A stretch of DNA of 64,000 nt. Origin: the human T2T-CHM13v2.0 reference genome, Homo sapiens. This document shows, in pieces, positions 39,723 to 61,264 of this stretch (its first letter is position 1; every line of letters starts with the position of its first letter). The position numbers were made by a program, and so were the translations under genes. The DNA lies in NCBI RefSeq assembly GCF_009914755.1, contig NC_060929.1, one strand, 5' to 3'. The notes beneath the pieces were generated by a model, which was not told the origin of the DNA, did no database searches, and worked only from the letters and a program-made list of their open reading frames with translations.

Positions 39723-42700
39723 CACAAATGTTTATTAATCAGTATCTAGCCAAGGTATTGCCAGAGACTTTAATAACCTAGAGCAAAATCCAATGTGTTT
39801 GTCATTGGCTGTCACCTCCAGAAAGATAAAGGCATTTGTCTAAATTTAGCGTAGAAGTCCCATGAATGACCCCATCTCCAATCTGGGCCTGTTTCCTTCC
39901 ATTGTTGATGAATATTTCCTGATATATCTTAAATTTCGCTTCCTTACTGAAATGGTTCTTGGTGCCTCATTCTGAGTCCCCATCACCAGTACCCTTCTTT
40001 CACAAAATACTGCCTTGGGGTGTGGATAAAATGGACATCAAATGGAGCGTCCCACTATGGATTTAGAACATCCTTCACTTTGCCAGTTCCCAGTTTTCAT
40101 TACACCTGGCAATACAGATACTTGCCAAGACATCTCACATTCCATTGATAGTGCTGGTCCGGCAAAATTTAAAATGCATCACGTCTGTCTTTTCTTGTAT
40201 TCTTTTTGACAGCATTTTTGAAGTATAAGAAATGAAAATAAAATAAGGGGGAATCATCAGCAGAGAAGAAACTGAAAGGTGCTTGCAAAATCCTTAGTCT
40301 ATGTAGTCTACATATTTCAAGATCCAAATGAGCAAAGGATTACTTAGATACATAATTAGGAAACTTAAACTGGTCCTGTTGCTTTAGAAGCTTTAAAATT
40401 TATTTTAATGTGTCAGGAACAGTAATTAGTTATATTTGAATACATAACAATGTATAATGTAATATAACATAACATATAGAATATTATTAATAATATAATA
40501 TCTCTAGCTCTCTATCTACACACTTCTTACATCAACACTATGGCATAAGGATTAAGGGAAATACGAATTATCTGGTTCGAAGCAATTAATTCTCCTGTCT
40601 GAAAAATTAGTCTCTAATTTGTATTTGATGTTTGTTTCTGAATTACTCCTATATGTTTTATTCTTCAAGATCCCCTAAAGGAATTAAATAATGTTAGGCG
40701 ACCTACTAGAACAGCACTTCTAGTAGCAGAAAATTAGGCTAGCATCCTCCAGAGATTTGCCAGAAAAATTAGCAGCAGAGGGTATAAAAGCAGCAACTAA
40801 TTCTGCTAGAAAATGAGCAGAAGCGAAAGTACTAATCTTATTAGCAGCAGTGTCATCAGTCAAAACAGTAAGAATGTAGGAATGAGGCTTTGAAGGCTAT
40901 TTTATCTTCGAGACTCCATTTCTCTTCTTATAAGACCAATGGCAGGATAAAGAATAATGGCAGCAAATGAAACCCAACAGAGATGAAAAAGAAGAATTTT
41001 GTCATTCTTCTGTCACATTATTTCATAAAAACTGGGCATAGCTCAAGAGTGACTTTGGGCATACACAGCACCGATTGCCCAGATACCACAAGAAGCTGTC
41101 ACTGTGTTCAAATTATACTGAACACTTTGCAAGAAAGGTCCCTCCGTGGAGGGTTGGCTAGAGTGCATAGTCTAATGGATTCAAATAGAGAAGCCATGCA
41201 CCAAGCTCCATCCTCCTGCAGAGAAAACAGTGAGCTTTGGGCTGGTCCAGCCCACACAATCCAGAGGCCATGAAGATGGACCATGGACCAGGGAGCTACG
41301 TTCTGTTTATTTACCTCTATCTACAGAGACTGTATTAATATTTTTGCTCTCTGAGTATGTGGCCCCAGGATGTTTGGTGGCATGAGTGCTTCATTTCACC
41401 TTTAGTTCAGTGTAAAGTTCTGAGTTAATAAATGCTTAGAGTTTGATGAGAAACCCACTTTTCCCAAAGAAAATGGAATCAAAAACTATATCATAGGAAG
41501 ATGATCTCACTTTTCACCACTATGTTAGACATAATCTTAGGCTAGGGCTAAATGCTAAAACTTGTTTGTTTACATTGAAATTTTCCCCTGATATGAAATG
41601 ACCTAAATTTTATTCCCAGCTTTTAGGGCCTCTGGTCTCTCATCTGTAAATTTTCTAAGTCTCCTTCCAATGTTAGCATTTAGATTTTGTGAGTAATCAA
41701 GTCAGAGTCACAACAACTGAAGTAGTTAAAACATGTAGACATAGGTGGTTGCATGGAGTCTAGTGAGGACATTTTAAAAAATGGACTTTTTGGTCACCCA
41801 ATCCCATGGCATTGACTTAATTTCCAACCAGATAGCAATCTCTGGTGACTTGACAGCAGAAACAACTTAATCAAAATGCAATTACTTTCCCATTTCCATA
41901 TTCTTTGTTGAATTGATCAAATATTCATTTCATGAAACCCAAATAATTGTTGATTTTTTTCCTCAACACAATTATGGAATTCTAAGTGTCAATATAGTTA
42001 TTCAGGCTGAATAACAAAACAGTCTCTTGTGATAACTTGCAAAGAAAATTGTGGTAAAGCCAAAAGTAGTGCTGAGTAGATGAACAATCCCCCACCCAGT
42101 ACTGTGCTTGGCACTAGACTGCTCAAAACTGTTGTCTTCCCTCCTCTATATTATCTGCTTTGCATAGGGAAAATCATTGCCTATATCCACAACACTCCAA
42201 AATGCTATCAGGCAAGCAAGATTTGCTTCAGTTTCTCAAGCTGGGAGGTAGAGACTGGGATCCCATAGTTGCCTGCTGTGGGTTTGTATCTGCCTCATGT
42301 ATTCCTATTTTATTTGCTTTTTAAAATAGCAAAAGCAATGATTTTACTTCTGAGAGCCACTCTTCCCTGACTCTTGGCCATGAGATTTAGGTGACTGGTA
42401 CCAAAGTGGAACTGGCTCCATTCCTGGCTAATTAGCAAGTTCAAACACAATGATTCTTGTATCATGATAGGTGAAAAACTAGTTTACCCTTGGACTTACT
42501 GGTAATGTGATTTTCTAAATTCCATTTCTTAATAACAAAAAGAATTCTAGCTCTGTTATTTTAGAGCAAAGCCCTTTGCTGTCTACGCAGGTCAATTCCA
42601 TTTTGTGTGGCCACAGTGCCACTAAGGACATGGCATTTTTCTTAGCCAATGACAGTCCCATACTTGCCTACAGCTTTGATTTTCCGATATCCCTGCAGGA

Positions 42701-43024
42701 TAAGACACTATTGATTTTGAAGGTCACAAAGGCTAATGCTTGAAAAGGAATACCAAGAAATATGCAGTTAGGGCAGAGCTAGTAGTAAGTGAATGGAGTA
42801 TAGGAACAACTTTCCCCCAATTTCTAGGTAAGGGGCAGTGGGCTTTTCCTAGGAGACAGAAGAGAAGAATGCATATTTACCTATAAAAGCCTATAACAGT
42901 ACTGTGAAACAGAGAGAAAGAAATGGCTGTTGTTATTCTGTACACCATAATCTCTGAAGGAATGAAAGAACATTTGAGTGGCAGGCAAATATCCTTCTAG
43001 AGCTTTTGCTTCTTTCTTAGGAGA

Positions 43025-43270
43025 GGCAGTGCAGCATAATGGTTAAAATCATAGACTCCGGGGTCAAACTACCTAGTTCCAGTTCCGCCATGGGTCATTT
43101 ACTAGCTGTGTGATCTTGGGCAAATTATTTAACTTCTCTGTGTTTTCATTTCCTCATTTATACAGTGGGGATTAAAGCTATCTTACAGGGATTTTTAGAA
43201 GGAATTAATGCACACAAAATGCTTATAACAGTGCCAGGCATGTGCATGCTACTGGAAACCTAAATGTTAT
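43025..43270 (+). mobile_element. MIR SINE, near full length
   Basis: gcagcataatggttaa...tactagctgtgtgatcttgggcaaattatttaac...aacagtgccaggca. Confidence 0.9.
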
Positions 43271-43519
43271 AAATGCTTGTAAGACTTTCTAAATCTAATA
43301 TAAATTCATGATATAGTGAATGCTACTTTTATTCTTATGCAGTAGCATTGGATTTTCTTGTTAGTGTTTGCTTTTTATACAAATAAATGTCATGATCACT
43401 TCATAGCTTTTAGATTTATGTCTCCATCTCACCTGATCTCCAGGTTCTTTTCTCAACTACTGTGTTTCTGATATTGGCGCCTCCATTATCAAGTCTAAAC
43501 TCAAAACCTTGAGATCAAA

Positions 43520-43700
43520 GAGGGGTGACTTTACCAGATTTGAGCCAAGGCTGGAAGCCAGGAGACAGAGACAGAGTCCCATCTCACCACTAATAGTTGT
43601 GTGACTTGGAGGTGAGGATGTCTCTGTGCTTCTCTTGTCTATAAAATGAATATAAATATTCCTCTTGAGCCTATGAGGGGCTGTCGTAGGAGTCAGTCTT
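43520..43700 (+). mobile_element. MIR fragment
   Basis: ccactaatagttgtgtgacttgg...tctctgtgcttc...tctataaaatg. Confidence 0.55.
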
Positions 43701-44548
43701 CCTCGTACAGGGCTGCAAGTGTGGATCTGAGTGGTTCCTAAACTGGGAACTTCCTGAGGTGATGGCCACACCTGCCTATTCACCATTGCATCCCTCTGCC
43801 AGGCCACATGGTTGATGCTGAAATGTTTGTTGAATAAGTGGCTTACAGGTAAGAGCTGCTTCAACTCTAGGGATGACAACTGTCTAATTGCCTCAAGGAT
43901 AGCACACAGGGACTACCCTTAATAAGCATTTATTCTGCACAAAAAAAAAAAATTAGGCCAAATCACTTTCTGGGTCTCTAATATCGTTAATCCCAGTTAC
44001 TAATTGTCCCAAGTGAAAGCTGAAATTTATTTGTTTGTAATACTGCTTTCATTTTAATTTTAGTCTGACAGGCTTTTTTACATCATGGATTAGTGCTGCA
44101 TGCAGGGATATGCCTTTAATTTATTTCTGTTCATAAGACTTCATTTTTTAAAAAAGGAGAAAATAATTGAAATTGCTTGCATAAGTTTCAGGAACAACCA
44201 TGAAATCTTTTGGTGGGCATTTTATGAATGTGTTTATAATAGTTCCTTCATGCAGTCACATTGAGGAAAATATATTGCCTTTATGTGTTATGTTTCTTTG
44301 TTTCTGTTGGTAAGTTTAGAATAACCTTTGGCAAGGCTGACTATAGATTATATTCGTAAAGCTATATTGAAGCTTCATTATTCACTGTATCATGGATTTA
44401 TATTAGATTTAGAAAGTCTTGAAAAGCATTTGTAACTTTTAGGTCTCCAATAACTTGCTAAAAGGAAGATCTTAAATAATTTGTTGGGTAAGGCATCAGT
44501 GAAACCAAAAAGGACTTTATTTATTAAGGAAATAGTTGCTGCAACCTC

Positions 44549-44713
44549 TTGGAACAAAAGCTCTTTTCCTGTTGTATTTATTGTGTTCAATCTTTAGTGT
44601 GTGAGTTTGAGAACTAAATGTTTAAAGACTGACATTTGATGGTGGCAGCAAACAGAGCATTCAGATGAGCATTAATTGTTTTGGCATTAAGTATTAATAG
44701 CAGATATTTGTTA
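44549..44713 (+). repeat. Local direct repeat, copy 1 (165 bp)
   Basis: About 94% identical to 45274-45436 by manual alignment. Confidence 0.95.
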
Positions 44714-44940
44714 GCCTTGCTCAATTTTGATAACAATTTTAGAAGTAAAGAAAAATTTGCTTTTATTCAGGTGGAAAGTGACACAACTGAATGATGATTT
44801 TCTTGGTAACATTTGGAAGGGCCACGAGAGCTGCTGGGATTGGGCTTGCTGTGTTTCCTTGATGAATTTCACCTTTAAAGGAGCTTGCTGCATGAGAGAG
44901 GCTGTCTTGTAAGTAGCAGTTTATCATAAATTGGCCTTGG

Positions 44941-45240
<300 letters not shown>

Positions 45241-45273
45241 TGGCCTTCATAACCATTTTTGTTCCAAAGAGCT

Positions 45274-45436
45274 TTGGAACAAAAGCCCTTTTCCTGTCAT
45301 ATTTATTGTGTTCAATCTCTAGTGTGTGAGTTTGAGAACTAAATGTTTGAAGACTGAAATTTGATGGTGGCACCAAACAGCATTCAGATGAGCATTAATT
45401 TTTTTGGCATTAAGTATTAATAGAAGATATTTGTTA
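45274..45436 (+). repeat. Local direct repeat, copy 2 (163 bp)
   Basis: Nine substitutions and one 2-bp indel relative to copy 1. Confidence 0.95.
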
Positions 45437-46594
45437 TGATACTTTACCTATATAGTATATATTACATTAAATTTATGATATATGTATTTGAGAACTTTAT
45501 AAACGCCTCTGGCTTATTAAATAGATAACAAAAATAAACGTGTTTGTAAGCCTTGAGACATCTTAAATTCAGTCTGGATTTGTGAAATCCAGAGAAGGAC
45601 TCTATTGAAAAGTTGTGCCACAAATGGGGCAAAAAAATCACTCTCACTGGGCTTGCCATGAATAGTGAACATCAGAAGTGCAACTGAATTGGGCCACATT
45701 CATCCACTGAACAAATATTAAATGCAAACTCTGAGCCTCAAGTCTCCATTAAAAGTGGAAGGAAAGGCAAGAACCAGCCTATAGAGTCCTACTTTGATTT
45801 TTCTAGTGGTTGTATAGTTAAAATTTCAAGGTATGCAGTACATAATGGGAATATTATTCCTTCATGCCACACTTATTAAACCTTACCATAACAAATCCCC
45901 TGAAGTAAGGGCATGAAAGCAGGAAGAAAATCCAGTCCCAAGCCTCAAGATTATGGCAATTACTCGGAGTGTAGAAATAATATGGAAAAACACAAACAGT
46001 GTTGGTCCAAAAACCTGAAGCAGGAGATCACTAAATCCTGACTTTATTTCTTCTTTTTACATACAGTCTAAGTGGTAAAAGCTGCTGCAGGTCTGGGCAG
46101 TGCTTCCAACTATGATTTCATTGGGCCCTTCAAGTTCATTTCTGTTTACTGGGCTTCCCTCCATGTTGTGCCTGCCCAAGAGGAACTCAACTACCCTTTT
46201 TTAAAAAACAGCCTGCAGTCTCCAAGAAGCCTCGTCAGTCCAGTTGTTCTCTCTGGCAAGAAGCCGAGCTACAGGCTCTGGCTTTGGCCATGTGCCTGTT
46301 CACAGGCTTCTTGACTTCTCTGCACTCAGCCATAGCTTATGAGCCACATCATGGCCTATGCATTGTGCTGTTTGCTTCCTTTTCTGGTCCTGCTTGTCTC
46401 TGGGAAAGAGATGTGATGTGTCCTGTATTTGTTGACTATAGTCCACGGCATGTCTGACTTTAACTCATCTCCTTCACTTGTCTTGATGCAGCATTTGGTA
46501 CAGTAAAGTAGGAGGACAAGGTCTGACCCTACCTTTGCTGTTTATAGGAGCTGTGCAATCTTGCAAAACAGTTAACCCTCCCAGCCATCCACTT

Positions 46595-46905
46595 AAAAAT
46601 TTGTTTAGAAATATATTGTTTTAGAGATGGGGTCTCACTCTACTGCCAGTGGAGTGCAGTTGGTGTGATCATAGCTCACTACAACCTTGAACCCCTGAGC
46701 TGAAGCAATCCTCTTGGCTCAGCCTCCTAAGTAGCTCTGACTACGGGCATGTGCCAACATGCCTGGCTAATGCTTAAAATTTTTTTGTAGCAATGGGGTC
46801 TCACTGTCTTGTTCAGGCTGGTCACAAACTCCTGGCCTCAAGCAATCCTCCCACCTCAGCTTCCCAAAATGCTGGGATTATAGGCATGAACCACTGCGCC
46901 TGGCC
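46595..46905 (-). mobile_element. AluJ inserted in a MIR (MIR about 46500-47020, + strand)
   Basis: Alu consensus; MIR motifs gctgtgcaatcttgc and ttgctatgaggactaaacgag on either side. Confidence 0.9.
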
Positions 46906-48394
46906 AGTCCTCCAACTTTAAAGGGGATAACAGTTTTTAACTTCATCTGATTGCTATGAGGACTAAACGAGCTAGTTTAGGTAAAATGCTCAGCATATAA
47001 TTGTGCTCAATACATTTTAGTTAGCATCTCTTCCATTCCAGTTCCCCACTCTAATTAGCCAACCTCCATACTTGTGCACCTGAACAATTTACCAGTTTAG
47101 CTCCTAAATATTCACTTATTACACTCATCAACCAAGCTTCCTCCAGCCCTCCACAGACAGCCCCAGGCCCCTTGCCTGTTGTCAGTCAGGGAAGGGGGCA
47201 GTTTCCATTACCCATCCACTGTTCATGAAATGAAAGTGGTTCCCACAGACAAGCTCATGCATCTTATACACAATCAGCGCTCAAAAAGTGATTATTCAAA
47301 TGAAGGGGATGATGGGTATAGGAATGAAGGTTTAGCTCAGGCTAATCCCTGATGGAGCACTCATATGCCAGGCACTAAGCTGGGTAATGAATAAACCAGG
47401 TGTGGATCCAGTTGTCCTGGGGCTTTCAGGACAACTTTTTTCTTTGTTTTGTAATTCCTCTAAACACCAAGTAAAATGGTTTACATGCAATGGATTTTGA
47501 TAAACTTGTTGACTCTAAGATCAGTTAACAGGGAGCCAGAACAGAATTCTTATGGCAACAAGCATGTGTCCCCTTGGTTAAGTGACTTACCTGTGTTGGG
47601 TTTCTGATTCCTTATCTGTATGATGATAGGCTTGGCCTATGTTGTCTTCAGAGATCCCTGGGTGTTCTAAATGGTTGTAAAATTTTAAGATAATGTTGAG
47701 GCAGGTACACTAGGGTAAACTGTGTTTTAAGTGAGGGGGTAGGACTTTGAAAAATAAGATAAATTACCATAGCATTTCTGAAAGGAACATGAAAGTCTTT
47801 AGGATCAGTTTCATAGATTGATTTTGAGTTATCATGGCCTCAGTGATAAGATTTTTGTTTCAAAATTAGAATATAAAAATTAAAAATGAATTAAGCTGAC
47901 ATCAGGTACAGCATGGAGTTAACACTGGGTCATTTAAAGCAGCTGATATGAAATTTTAGTTTCTCTATAAATATTTGGTGACAAAGTCTCTTTTCTTCCC
48001 GAGAAAGGTAAATATGCCCCTTATCCAAAAACCACTACATAAAGGGTAAAATTATTCACAAAACTTACCTCAGTATGAGTCTGAGGTAATGATTTCCATG
48101 GACAATTAGGTGTATGGATCCAAGTTTTCTACAAATTATACATATTTGTATTTACAGTGTGATTTGTGTTTATTAAATGACTGTTGATTGAGAGAAAAGT
48201 ATATATTATATAATCCATGCTTCTATGATTAAAAAAACAACCTAAATCCCACCATAATCAATTTTGTTAAGTGCAGAAATGTCAGGGAAAGTATATTATA
48301 GGTCCCCCCATTTTTTCCTTATATCAATATTTGAAGTTGGGTTATACCCACACAGACCTTTAAGAAACCTAAAAGGTAGTTCATTAAAAATTAC

Positions 48395-49081
48395 AAAGTC
48401 AGGAAACAACAGGTGCTGGAGAGGATGTGGAGAAATAGGAACACTTTTACACTGTTGGTGGGACTGTAAACTAGTTCAACCATTGTGGAAGTCAGTGTAG
48501 CGATTCCTCAGGGATCTAGAACTAGAAATACCATTTGACCCAGCCATCCCATTACTGGGTATATACCCTAATGACTATAAATCATGCTGCTATAAAGACA
48601 CATGCACACGTATGTTTATTGTGGCATTATTCACAATAGCAAAGACTTGGAACCAACCCAAATGTCCAACAATGATAGACTGGATTAAGAAAATGTGGCA
48701 CATATACACCGTGGAATACTATGCAGCCATAAAAAATGATGAGTTCACGTCCTTTGTAGGGACATGGATGAAATTGGAAATCATCATTCTCAGTAAACTA
48801 TCGCAAGAACAAAAAACCAAACACCGCATATTCTCACTCATAGGTGGGAATTGAACAATGAGATCACATGGACACAGGAAGGGGAATATCACACTCTGGG
48901 GACTGTTGTGGGGTGGGGGGAGGGGGGAGGGATAGCATTGGGAGATATACCTAATGCTAGATGACGAGTTAGTGGGTGCAGCGCACCAGCACGGCACATG
49001 TATACATATGTAACTAACCTGCACAATGTGCACATGTACCCTAAAACTTAAAGTATAATAAAAAAAAAAAAGAAAAAAAAA
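48395..49081 (+). mobile_element. 5'-truncated young LINE-1, L1PA2-like
   Basis: ORF2 C-terminus, 3' UTR and poly(A); gatgacGAGttag and cttAaagtata rather than the L1HS ACA/G diagnostics. Confidence 0.95.
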
Positions 49082-50129
49082 TCTGCCATTTTGCAGAGCC
49101 TAAAATAAGTGACCTTCTCAAGGTCACTCCATGAATTAATAGCAAAGCTAGGATTCTAATTCTCTTCTTTGATCAATTAATCCCAAAGATTCTGTACTCT
49201 GAATGTGGAGCAAATGGTCACTGATCATATTTGCTACTTGTCTTTTAAAGGTGTTCAGTTTAGACAGCTCAGAGTGTGCATACTTTATGGATCCTTGTTT
49301 AGCTGTTTCTTTCAGTCAACCTGCTCATTCCTCGGCTATATATTTTATTTCTTCTTATAGCTAAATACTACTTATACTTTTAACAGTTTCCTTTCTACCT
49401 TTGTCTTTGTTTCTATTTCTGCATCTTGTATATTTACCTTCACTTATTTCACTTTTGATCTCACTAGACTTGGTCCAAGTGGTGGTGCAGGTCCAATGAG
49501 CTCTATGGCATCTCTATTCAGGGTTCTTAGAAGGATTTTACTTTCAATTTTGAAAGCTGGTGCATGTGCATTCATATTTGGTATTTTTTTATTTCAATTA
49601 TTCTTGAGCTGCTATCAGACATTTAGTGTTGACTGTGGAAACTTTTTATCTCTCTCGTCTGACACTTTGAAGACAAATTCCTTTATCCTGGATCATCCTA
49701 GGGAACCACACTATTAAGTACTGGATGGAATGCCAGATATGACCTGACAGATTTGTTTGCTAGCAGTAACCTTTTAAAGAGGATAGGAGGTGGGGGAATA
49801 AGCACATAAAATAACTGAAGGAGAAAGTAATTAAATTTTTGATGCTACTTAGGTGAAGAAAGTTGTTACATTAACTGAGGCAGGTGGTTAAATACCAGAT
49901 TCTCTCATTCTAAACTGGTGAAACACATTGTCCCGGAAAAACACACTTTTCTTCACCTCAGCTTCCTCAAGGAACTAAAGTCATTTCCCACAGCTAAGTG
50001 AACCTATAGGTTTATAGTGTCTCAGTTTCCAATATAGGCTAATTTAGCTAAAGGGAAATTAATCACTGGGACACTGAGTTAATAATACACATCCAGAAGA
50101 GTCAATGTAAAAATTGATGGGGAGGAGTT

Positions 50130-52810
<2,681 letters not shown>

Positions 52811-55545
52811 AAATGAATTTCTCCTTCTTGAAACATATTTTTCACCAAGACATAAACATAAATAGACACATTATTCACTAAATACAATGAAAAACTCTGG
52901 CGTTTATGCATAAAACAAACGTAAGACTGAGAAGTAGAGAGAAAGCATACCAGCTAGCGACCTTGGGGCCCAAGGAAAAACACCAATAGTCTGTGATAAG
53001 TTATGTAAAAATAATGTAATAATGTAACAAATAATAGAACCACTGGAAAACTATATAAAGGGATACACATTGCAACAATTTAGATAAATTAAAAAGGAAT
53101 TCTAAAGAATGTTCAAGTAAGCCGCAAAGAGAACAGAAAAAAGAAAACAGAAGAACAAAGAATAAACAAACAGAAAACAAAAAATAAGATGGAAAATTTA
53201 AGCCCTAACAGATCAATAACTACATTAATACAAATAGTCTAGTACACTCATTAGAAGACAGAGATTGACAGAGTGGATTAAAAAATATGACCCATCTATA
53301 TGCTATCTGTAAGAACCTTTCTTCAAATATAGCAAAATAGGTAGGTTTAAAGCAAAAAGATGAAAGATGTATTATGCAAATCTTAAGCAAAAGAAAGTAG
53401 AAATAGCTATGTTAATATCAGATACAGTAGAATTCAGAGAAAAAGACTATTAACGAAGACAGAGAGGGACATTATATAATAGTGAAAAGATTACTTTACC
53501 AAGAACATGTTGCAGTCCTAAATCAGTATGCAACAAACAAGAGAGCTAAAATATATGTGAAGTAAAAACTGATGGAACTGAAAGAGGAAATAGACAAATC
53601 AACAATTATAGTCAAATCTTTAACACTTCTTTCTCAACAATTGAGAGAACAACTAGATAGAAAATCAAGAATGTAGAAAACTCAACATCATTAACCAATA
53701 GGATCTAATCTATAATTCCACTGAACAACAGCAGAATACACATTATTTTCAAACACCTATGGAGCATATATCAAGTTGCACTACATCCTGGGCCATGAAA
53801 CAAATCCAAAAAATTTAAAAGAATTGAATTATACAGAAGAATCAGAATGAAGTCGAACTAGAAACCAATAGTTTAAAATAACATTCTCCAAACAATTGGA
53901 AATTACATGACACACTTCTAAATAATGCATAGGTTAAAGAGAATGTCTCAGGGGGAAAAGAAACCTGAACTAAATTAAAATGAAAAAACAGCACGTCAAA
54001 ATTTGTGGGACATGGCTAAAGTAGTGCCAAGAGGGGAATTTATAGCATTAAATGCATATATTAGAAGATAAAATGTCTCAAATAAATAATCTCAACTTTC
54101 ACTTCAAGAACATAGAAGAGCGAAATAAACTCAAAGCCAGCATAAAGAAAGAAATCATAAAAATATAAGCAGAAATTATTGAAATTGAAAACCAAAAAAA
54201 ATAGAGAAAATCAGTAAAAGAGCTGGTTCTTTAAAAAGATCAATAAAATTCAGAAACTTCTACTAAGACTAACAAGGGGAAAAAAGAGAAGACACAGATT
54301 ACTAATATTAGGAATGAAACAAGGGATATCGTTATAGACCCTGCAAATATCAAAAGGATAATAAGACTATGAACTTTACGTTCATAAATTTGACAACTTA
54401 GGTGAAATGTATGAATTCTTTAAAAAATACAAACTACTGAAATCTATCCAATATGAAATAGTTTGAATAGCTCATTCGCTATTAAGAAAATTGAATTCAT
54501 AATTATAAACTTTCACAAAAGCAATCTCTAGATTCAGATAATTTCACTAGAGAATTTTTATAAATATTTAAAGAACACTTAATAGCAGTTCTCTACAATG
54601 TCTTCCAGGAAATAGAAGAGGAATGAACACTTCCAAATTTACTTCATGAAGCTAGTCTTACTTTGGACCCAAACTAGACAAAGTACATAAAAAGAAAACT
54701 ACAGAACAATAGCCTTAATGCATATAGATGCAAAACCTCTTAGTAAAATACTAGCAAATAGAATTCAGAAATATAAGAATTCTATATCTTGACCAAGAAG
54801 AGTTTAGTACAGGGATGTAAGGCAGGTTCAATATGTATAAATCATTCAATATAATTTAACACATTAACAGACTAAAGTAGGAGAATTACATGATCACATC
54901 AATTGATACAGATAAAACATTTGACAAAAGTTAAAATTAATTCATGGTAAAACTCTCAGGGAAAATGGGAACAGAGGGGAACTTCCTTAACTGAACAAAG
55001 AGCATCTACAACAACCTACACCTAAAATTATATTTAATGGTGAAAGATTGAATGCTTTCTCCCTAAGATTCAGGACAGGGCAAGGATATTCAGTCTTACC
55101 AATTGTATTCAGTATAGCACTTGATGTTTTAGCCAGTGCAATAAGGCTGGAGAAGGAAATAAAAATCTTACAGATTTGAAAGAAAGAAATAAAACTGTCC
55201 TGATTTGCAAGTGACATAATTATCTATATAATCCCAAAGAACCTGCTGAAAAATTCCTACAACTAATAAGTGAGTTTGGCAAGGTTGCAGGATATAAGGT
55301 AAACATTGAAAAAAAATCAATGGGCAGCAATCTTTGCTATTCTGTAGCCTCCACTGGTGATACCCAGGCAAACAGAGTCTGGAGTGGACCTCCAGCAAAC
55401 TCCAGCAGAGGGACCTGACTGTTAGAAGAAAAACTAACAAACAGAAAAAAAAAATAGCTTCAAAATCAACAAAAAGGATGTCCACACAGAAACCCCATCC
55501 AAAGGTCACCAACATGAAAGACCAAAGGTAGATAAATCCTCAAAG

Positions 55546-56569
55546 ATGAGGAAAAATCAGCTCAAAAAGGCTGAAAATTTCAAAAACCAGAACGCCTCTT
55601 CTCCTCCAAAGGTCCACAACTCCTCGCCAGCAAGGGAACAAAGCGGGATGGAGAATGAGTTCGATGAATTGAAAGAAGTAGACTTCAGGAGGTGGGTAAT
55701 AATAAACTCCTCTGAGCTAAAGGAGCATGTTCTAACCCAATGCAAGGAAGCTAAGAACCTGGAAAAAAGGTTAGAGGAATATCTAACTAGAATAACCAGT
55801 TTAGAGAAGAATATAAATGACCTGATGGAGCTGAAAAACACATGAGAACTTTGTGAATCATACACAAGTATCAATAGCTGAATCAATCAAGTGGAAGAAA
55901 ATATATCAGAGATTGAAGATCCACTTAATGAAATAAAGCATGAAGACATGATTAGAGAAAAAAAGAATGAAAAGGAATGAACAAAGCCTCCAAGAAGTAT
56001 GGGAATATGTGAAAAGACCAAACCTACATTTGATTGGTGTACCTGAAAGTGATGGGAAGAATGAAACCAAGTTGGAAAACACTCTTCAGGATATTATCCA
56101 GGAGAACTTCCCCAACCTAGAAAGACAGACCAACATGCAAATTCAGGAAATATGGAGAACATTGCAAAGATACGTCTTGAGAATAGCAACCCCAAAACAC
56201 ATAATCATCAGATTCACCAAGGTTGAAATGAAGGAAAAAATGTTAAGGGCAGCCAAAGAGAAAGATCTGGTTACCCACAAAGGGAAGCTCATTAGACTAA
56301 CAGCAGATCTCTCTGCAGAAACCCTACAAGCCAGAAGAGAGTGGGGGCCAATATTCAACATTCTTAAAGAAAAGAATTGTCAACCCGGAATTTCATATCC
56401 AGCCAAACTAAGCTTCATAAGAGAAGGAGAAATAAAATCCTTTACAGACAAGCAAATGCTGAGAGATTTTGTCACCACCAGGCCTGCCTTACAAGAGCTC
56501 CTGAAAGAAGCACTAAATATGGAAAGGAAAAACCGGTACCAGCCACTGCAAAAACATACCAAATTGTAA
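55546..56569 (+). pseudogene. Disrupted L1 ORF1p
   Basis: MRKNQLKKAENFKNQNASSPPK...; split into ORFs 55546-55845 and 55967-56569 by stops and a frameshift. Confidence 0.93.
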
Positions 56570-56632
56570 AGATCATCAACACTATGAAGAAACTGCATCA
56601 ACTAATGGGCAAAATAACCAGCTAGCATCATA

Positions 56633-60431
<3,799 letters not shown>

Positions 60432-60949
60432 ACAATGAGAACACATGGACACAGGGAGGGGGAACATCACACACCAGAGCCTGTTAGGGTGTGGGGGGCT
60501 AGGGGATGGTAGCATTAGGCAAATACCTAATGTAGATAATGGGTTGATGGGTGCAACAAACTACCATGGCATGTGTATACCTATGTAACAAACCCACACG
60601 TTCTGCATATGTATCCCAGAACTTAAAGTGTAATAATAAAAAAAAAATGCAATACCACTTATAATTGCTGAAAGAAGATGAAATAGGTGTAAATGTAACA
60701 AAACATGTATAGTATTTGTATGCTAAAAATGCAAAATGTTGATAAAAATTAAAGAAGAACTAAATAAAAGTAAAGAGATACTGTGATTTGAATGAGTACA
60801 TATAATAAAGATACAGTAATGTATAGTATGTCATTTATCAGTATCAAAATATAGTAAAAATGTCAATCTTCCCTAAATTATATACACATTGAACACAATT
60901 CCTATCAAAATACCAGCCAGATTTTCTTTTAGATGTAGACGAAATTGTT

Positions 60950-61264
60950 ATTATTTTTAAATTTTTATTTATTTATTATTTTTGAGATGGGGTCTCACTC
61001 TGTCACCCAGCTGCAGTGCAGTGGCGTGATCTCAGCTCACTGCAACCTCCGCCTCCTGTGTTCAAGTGATTCTTTTCCCTTAACCTCCTGAGTATCTGGG
61101 ATTACAGGCGCCTGCCACCATGCCTGGCTAATTTTTGTATCTTTAATAGAGACAAGGTTTCACCAGGTTGGCCAGGCTGGTCTCAAACTCCTGACTTCAA
61201 GTGATCTGCCTGCCTCAGCCTCCCAAAGTGCTAGGATTACAGTCATGAGCCACCATACCTGGCC
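60950..61264 (-). mobile_element. AluS inserted in the A-rich tail of an L1PA13-like element
   Basis: Full Alu flanked by tattatt. Confidence 0.93.

Noticed and set aside
43457-43879. 140-aa minus-strand ORF
   Set aside because: Overlaps MIR and L2 relics, starts at a non-ATG codon and shows no recognisable domain
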